Shown here in pieces: positions 59,538 to 64,000 of a DNA stretch of 64,000 bases. Position 1 is the stretch's first letter; each line of letters starts with the position of its first letter. The stretch covers positions 70,894 to 134,893 of IMG/VR virus record IMGVR_UViG_3300032116_000033; one strand, written 5' to 3'. Made by a program: the position numbers and the translations under genes. Origin of the DNA: a virus. The notes below the pieces were generated by a model. That model was not told the DNA's origin. It ran no database searches and saw only the letters and a list, made by a program, of their open reading frames with translations.

Positions 59538-61715
59538 ATGGCAATCAATGTATCGTTTAACGGGGCCACGATCTACAAGCCCGGCGCATACTCTAGGACC
59601 CAAGTGGACCTCAGCGGCAACGTTCCGCTAGGAGCCGCAGGTCTGATCGCCATCTTCGGCGAAGCAGATGCAGGCGCACCTGGCTCAGCAGAGACCAACA
59701 TCGCAGACAACTACTACACAGCAGATCGTCTCGTTGAAGCCCGCAACAAGTACCGCAGCGGTCCGATCGTAGACGCTCTCAACTTCTTGTTCTCGCCAGC
59801 AGCAGACGGCGCGATCCCAAACGGCGCCTCTATCGTCTGGGTCTACAAGACCAACGCTTCTGTTCGCGCCAGCTTGGCTCTTTCTGGCTCATACGGAACC
59901 ATCAGGTCCTCTGAGTGGGGCGTAGGCGGGAACCAGATCTCCGCTAAGATCCTTGCGAACTCAGAGTCAGTTCCATCTAAGACAGGATCGGTTCCTGCTG
60001 CGTTCGGCGCAGCGCTCAACGGAGCGTCTTTCAGCGCACGCATCAACGGCGGTGCGGCTGCAGTCTACACGCTGTCGACCACCTCTGGCGACCACGCAGA
60101 CATCGCGACTCTTGTGGCAGAGCTCGCTGCACTTCTTCCAGCTGCGTTCGACGTATCGGCTTCAAGCGGCGCACTTCGCGTTCAACTTGACGCAGCCTCT
60201 ACTCAGTTTCAGCTGGGCTGGGGACGCAGCTTCGAGCTGATCGACTCCACTCCTGGCGATCTCGCCAAGCTCGGCCTTACGGCAGGTCTGGTTGTCGCCT
60301 CGTCTGAGCCGAGCGCCACGATCACGCTGAACCAGAAGCGAGACCTGCTGGTCGAGTCAGACACGCTCGGCGGAAACGTGGTCATGTCAATCGGCCGTGA
60401 CCCTACTGTCGGCAGCGTAACCTCTGCTTCTGTAAGTGTAACGCTAAACACAGTGACCCTAACCGACTCCGCTGGATCGATCACGTTCGACAAAGCGGCA
60501 TTCGTAACGTTGAAGCAGCTTGCCGAGTCTATATCACTTCAGCCAGGATGGTCTGCTGAGGTCGCTAGCCCGGTCTACAACCAGCTTGGCCTTAGCGTGC
60601 TAGATCGCGTGTCTGCCGTAGGTGCTCTGGGTTCTGCCGGCACAAAGCCAGCTCGCTTGAAAAAAGACGCCTACGAGGTCCAAGACTTCTTCGCTCAGTC
60701 CAACGTTGCAGGACTCGTGAGTCCAGCTTTCGTCGGTCTTCCTGCTGCCTTGACCGAGACACTTCTGTCAGGCGGAGCAAAAGGCCCGACCGTGACAAAC
60801 GACATCGTTAACGCGCTGTCTAAGTTCGAGAAGTTCCACGCCAACTCCATCGTTCCTTTGTTCTCTCGCGACGCTACAGCAGACATCGCAGACAACCTGA
60901 CCGACGCGTCGTCCACGTACACGATCGACGGTATCCATCAGGCAGTAAAGACGCACATCAGCCTCATGAAGACCACCAAAAGAAAGAGCGAGCGCCAAGG
61001 CTACCTTTCCTTCAAGGGCACGTACTCTGCATCCAAGGACAAGGCCGGTAACATGGCCGATGCTAGGCTTCAGATGATGATCCAGGACGTTCGTCAGTCT
61101 AACGCTCAAGGCGTTATCCAGTGGTTCCAACCATGGGCGATGGCTTGTCTTGTGGCCGGTGCTCGCGGCGGTGCCCCTATCGGCCTTCCGCTGACGTTCA
61201 AGTTCATGAACTGCTCTGGTATCCGTCAGACGTCTCAACCTATGAGTACTCCAGAAGCAGACATCGTTGTAGGCTTCGACCCAGACACCCAGTACGACGA
61301 CGCCATCTTGTCAGGGCTCACGTTCATGGAAGCTCCGCGAACCGGTGGTTTCCGAGTGGTCGTAGACAACACCACCTACGGCATCGACGATAACTGGGTC
61401 TACAACCGCGCCAACGTTCTCTATGCCTCTGATATCGTTGCATACAACTTCCGCAACATCATGGAGAACCGATACGTCGGTGTCAAGAACACGATCCTTG
61501 CAGCAGAGGTCAAAGGAACAGCGGAGTCCGTGCTCGCCACGTTCCTCGCACAAGGCATCACGGTCTCTACCGACGATGCACCGCAGGGGTTCAAGGACCT
61601 CAGCGTTCGCATAGACGGCAGCACGATCTACATCACTGTAACGATCAAGCTCGTAGAAGGTATCGACTTCATCCTCGCAGACATCACGCTCCAGCGCGCC
61701 ACCCAGACGGCTTAA
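59538..61715 (+). CDS. Contractile tail sheath protein
   Basis: N-terminal I.KPGAYS, IFGEA..G.P, L.GG..G; C-terminal sheath-like region. Confidence 0.85.
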   Translation: MAINVSFNGATIYKPGAYSRTQVDLSGNVPLGAAGLIAIFGEADAGAPGSAETNIADNYYTADRLVEARNKYRSGPIVDALNFLFSPAADGAIPNGASIVWVYKTNASVRASLALSGSYGTIRSSEWGVGGNQISAKILANSESVPSKTGSVPAAFGAALNGASFSARINGGAAAVYTLSTTSGDHADIATLVAELAALLPAAFDVSASSGALRVQLDAASTQFQLGWGRSFELIDSTPGDLAKLGLTAGLVVASSEPSATITLNQKRDLLVESDTLGGNVVMSIGRDPTVGSVTSASVSVTLNTVTLTDSAGSITFDKAAFVTLKQLAESISLQPGWSAEVASPVYNQLGLSVLDRVSAVGALGSAGTKPARLKKDAYEVQDFFAQSNVAGLVSPAFVGLPAALTETLLSGGAKGPTVTNDIVNALSKFEKFHANSIVPLFSRDATADIADNLTDASSTYTIDGIHQAVKTHISLMKTTKRKSERQGYLSFKGTYSASKDKAGNMADARLQMMIQDVRQSNAQGVIQWFQPWAMACLVAGARGGAPIGLPLTFKFMNCSGIRQTSQPMSTPEADIVVGFDPDTQYDDAILSGLTFMEAPRTGGFRVVVDNTTYGIDDNWVYNRANVLYASDIVAYNFRNIMENRYVGVKNTILAAEVKGTAESVLATFLAQGITVSTDDAPQGFKDLSVRIDGSTIYITVTIKLVEGIDFILADITLQRATQTA

Positions 61716-61736
61716 CCCGCACGCCGATCGGTCACG

Positions 61737-61763
61737 AAGCCCCTAGCTAGCCTAGGGGCTTTT
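61737..61763 (+). terminator. Intrinsic terminator after the sheath gene
   Basis: AAGCCCCTAG-ctagc-CTAGGGGCTT followed by TT. Confidence 0.75.
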
Positions 61764-61869
61764 ACATTCAGCGAAACTTGACATATGGTAATATCTATCT
61801 ATGGTGCAGTCGCGCGGTGCGATGCAACCCTAACGTATTTGGGCTCTAGGGTCCCAGGAGACATTAGAC

Positions 61870-62406
61870 ATGGCCGGTATTAAGCCAGCACTGATCACAG
61901 GCAGTAACGCTAAGATCCAGATCGACGGAAAGACGATCGCCTACGCAACCGACATCCAGTATTCGGTAGACACAGCAGTCATCCCGGTCGAGGTTATGGG
62001 ACGCTACGAGGTAGTGACCAACGAGCCTATCGCGACAAGCGTAGCCGGATCTTTCACCGTAGTAAGATACTCAAGCGCAGTAAAAGACTCAGGTCTTCCT
62101 AACGCAAGCGCCACTGGTAACGGCGTAGGAAACCTCGCCGGAAACATGGCAAACGCCTTCAACCCTGGTCAGATGCTGTCGACTCAGACCGTAGACATCA
62201 TCATCTATCAGAAAAAGAAAGAGTCTGCCACTGCAGCAGGCGACGTTCAGGAAGTTCTCAAGATCACGGACTGTCGTCTTACTAGGATGAGCGGCAGCAT
62301 CAACAAGCGCGGCATCCTTACCGAAGGCTACTCGTTCGTTGGCGTACTGTTCGACGACGACTCCTTTACCGCTTCTGGCTCTGGAACCGGAACAGACCTT
62401 ACCTAA
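61870..62406 (+). CDS. Tail tube protein
   Basis: Follows the sheath; ITG.NAKI.I.G.TIAYAT...YSV, EP...SV.GSF. Confidence 0.75.
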   Translation: MAGIKPALITGSNAKIQIDGKTIAYATDIQYSVDTAVIPVEVMGRYEVVTNEPIATSVAGSFTVVRYSSAVKDSGLPNASATGNGVGNLAGNMANAFNPGQMLSTQTVDIIIYQKKKESATAAGDVQEVLKITDCRLTRMSGSINKRGILTEGYSFVGVLFDDDSFTASGSGTGTDLT

Positions 62407-62422
62407 CAGCATAGGTGCGTAG

Positions 62423-63004
62423 ATGGCTAGACTGGCTCCGTTCTTTGTAACCGGCGCGAGCTGCAAGATAAAGGTCAACGGAGTCACGTTAGCCTACGCA
62501 ACCAATTTCTCTTACTCTGTGAGCATACCGCACGCTAGGCCGAAGAACCTAGGCAGCTACGAGTCGAGCTCGCTGGATCCTTTGAGCTACGACGTGAGCG
62601 GATCGTTCGACGTGGTTCGATACGTCGACGGCTTAAAAGGCAAGATGGCTGCACTCGGATATTCCGTGCCTGACGGAGTAAGCGACCTAGGCAACGGCAT
62701 CGGCAGCTGGTCCACGGCTGCGGGTAAAGCGCCTTCTATAAAAAACATATCCAGCAACGACGGTCGAGCAAACGAGTCACTGGATCCTTCTAGGCTGCAA
62801 GACGCGATAACGTTCGACATCGAGATCTACCAGAAGCTTCCCGACGGAAACCTGACCGGCATCGCCAGGGTAAGGAACGCCAGGATCACGGCGATGGGCG
62901 CTAGCCTAACCAAGCGCGGCACGATGATCCAGAGCTTTCAGTTCGCAGCGCAGTATCTGGACGAAGACAGCTTCATAGCAGACGCTTCATCCTCAGGAGC
63001 TTGA
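62423..63004 (+). CDS. Tail tube-like paralogue 2
   Basis: VTGA..KIKVNG.TLAYAT.FSYSV; clear similarity to 61870. Confidence 0.7.
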   Translation: MARLAPFFVTGASCKIKVNGVTLAYATNFSYSVSIPHARPKNLGSYESSSLDPLSYDVSGSFDVVRYVDGLKGKMAALGYSVPDGVSDLGNGIGSWSTAAGKAPSIKNISSNDGRANESLDPSRLQDAITFDIEIYQKLPDGNLTGIARVRNARITAMGASLTKRGTMIQSFQFAAQYLDEDSFIADASSSGA

Positions 63005-63007
63005 CGT

Positions 63008-63571
63008 ATGTCTGGTCAAAAAGTAAGACGGAGAGGTTTTGGCCGCAACTCAGGCAACTGGAGAGAGGTCGGCACACGCGCGCTCTTGAGAGAGTTCACG
63101 AACGCAGCCGCCAATGCTATAGCCTTCAACCGTCCAAACGCCAAGTACGGAACCGGAGCTAGGACCGTCGTAAAGATAAACGACCAGATCATAGGCTTCG
63201 CTTTTCAAGTGACCTGGAACGTTCAGAACGAGACCTCGCCCATATACACCATAGACGACATCGCACCCTGGGAGATCGCGCCCAAGCGAGTGTCTGTCAC
63301 TGGGACGCTCGGGCTCTTTCAGGTTCCAGGAAACTCGCCGGTCAAGGCGGGCATCATGACCGACCTTGGTTCATTTTTGGCCAATAAATACATCACCATA
63401 GAAGTCAAAGACTCAGCGACAGACGCCATACTTTTCAGGACCACCACAGCCATGGTCACCTCGCTTCAGGCAGACGTCAACTCAGAGAGACTTTCTACGT
63501 ACTCCCTTTCCTGGAGAGCCGTAGGCTGGCAAGCTGAGGCCACGTATACCCCTCTAAAACCAAACGCATAA
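63008..63571 (+). CDS. Tail tube-like paralogue 3
   Basis: TGAR...KIN...IGFA..V.W.V, EI.P....V.GT. Confidence 0.65.
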   Translation: MSGQKVRRRGFGRNSGNWREVGTRALLREFTNAAANAIAFNRPNAKYGTGARTVVKINDQIIGFAFQVTWNVQNETSPIYTIDDIAPWEIAPKRVSVTGTLGLFQVPGNSPVKAGIMTDLGSFLANKYITIEVKDSATDAILFRTTTAMVTSLQADVNSERLSTYSLSWRAVGWQAEATYTPLKPNA

Positions 63572-63617
63572 CCTAGTATAAGATAATTGGAAAATTTTAT
63601 CTTGCTAGGAGAGACTC

Positions 63618-63995
63618 ATGGATCTTCCAAAGAAAGAGCGCACCTTTGGCTTCAGCTACGTCAGTGACGAGAGCGGCCTCACCTACGACGGAACCTTCAC
63701 CGTGAAGTGTAAGCTCAACGTTGCCGAGAAGTACCAGCTCGAGCTCGAGAAGAGCCGACTGATGTCGGATATGGCCAACCCAAGCAACGGGCTAATGGGT
63801 ATCGCTATAGCACTCAGCACCCTGAGGGTGAGGATCGTAGACGGCCCTAACTGGTGGACTCAAGGCAAAGGCCTCAACATCGAGGACGAAGACGTTCTCG
63901 TGGCTCTGTTCGAGCGCGTTGAGACTGAGTGCATGGAGTGGCGCAAGGAGCTCTCAGAGCGAGCGGCTAAGGCTCGAGAAGAGTTGGGAAAATAG
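63618..63995 (+). CDS. Tail assembly chaperone with a -1 slippery site at its 3' end
   Basis: Follows the tube genes; ends G GGA AAA TAG. Confidence 0.7.
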   Translation: MDLPKKERTFGFSYVSDESGLTYDGTFTVKCKLNVAEKYQLELEKSRLMSDMANPSNGLMGIAIALSTLRVRIVDGPNWWTQGKGLNIEDEDVLVALFERVETECMEWRKELSERAAKAREELGK

Positions 63996-64000
63996 AGGCC

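Noticed and set aside
61778-61806. Sigma-70 promoter from TTGACA before the tube gene
   Set aside because: No convincing -10 hexamer at 17-bp spacing
1-64000. CRISPR array, reverse transcriptase/DGR, integrase, canonical tRNAs
   Set aside because: No regularly spaced repeats, RT or integrase motifs, or standard cloverleafs were seen; the CCGA motif is dispersed rather than arrayed
1-64000. Stop-codon reassignment
   Set aside because: Recognisable genes are full-length in the standard code and end in TAG, TGA or TAA

Overview
The window is part of a large lytic myovirus-type phage genome in the standard genetic code. Left end: a fibronectin-type-III repeat protein. From about 3.7 to 54 kb there is a mostly minus-strand block of early/middle genes. 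It holds nucleotide metabolism (a T4 gp42-like ThyA-family enzyme, ThyX, a degenerate ThyX, dCMP deaminase, NrdAB), DNA repair and ligation, two ClpP-like proteases, a MoxR/VWA pair, peptide deformylase, PhoH, HldE, lytic enzymes, homing-type endonucleases and many small ORFans. From 54.3 kb a plus-strand neck/tail module follows: sheath, three tube-like paralogues and a chaperone with a -1 slippery site. The most notable signals are: (i) a probable cytosine-modifying enzyme in the same genome as an ADP-heptose synthase; (ii) a CCGAWNCTA motif upstream of about a dozen minus-strand genes, together with two sigma-like proteins made of region 2 only; (iii) an oversized tRNA-like cloverleaf ending in CCA, with a duplicated 3' end; (iv) HNH genes that duplicate the terminus of the neighbouring gene, one with a start-codon-sequestering hairpin. 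All calls come from motif recognition by eye; no database searches were run.
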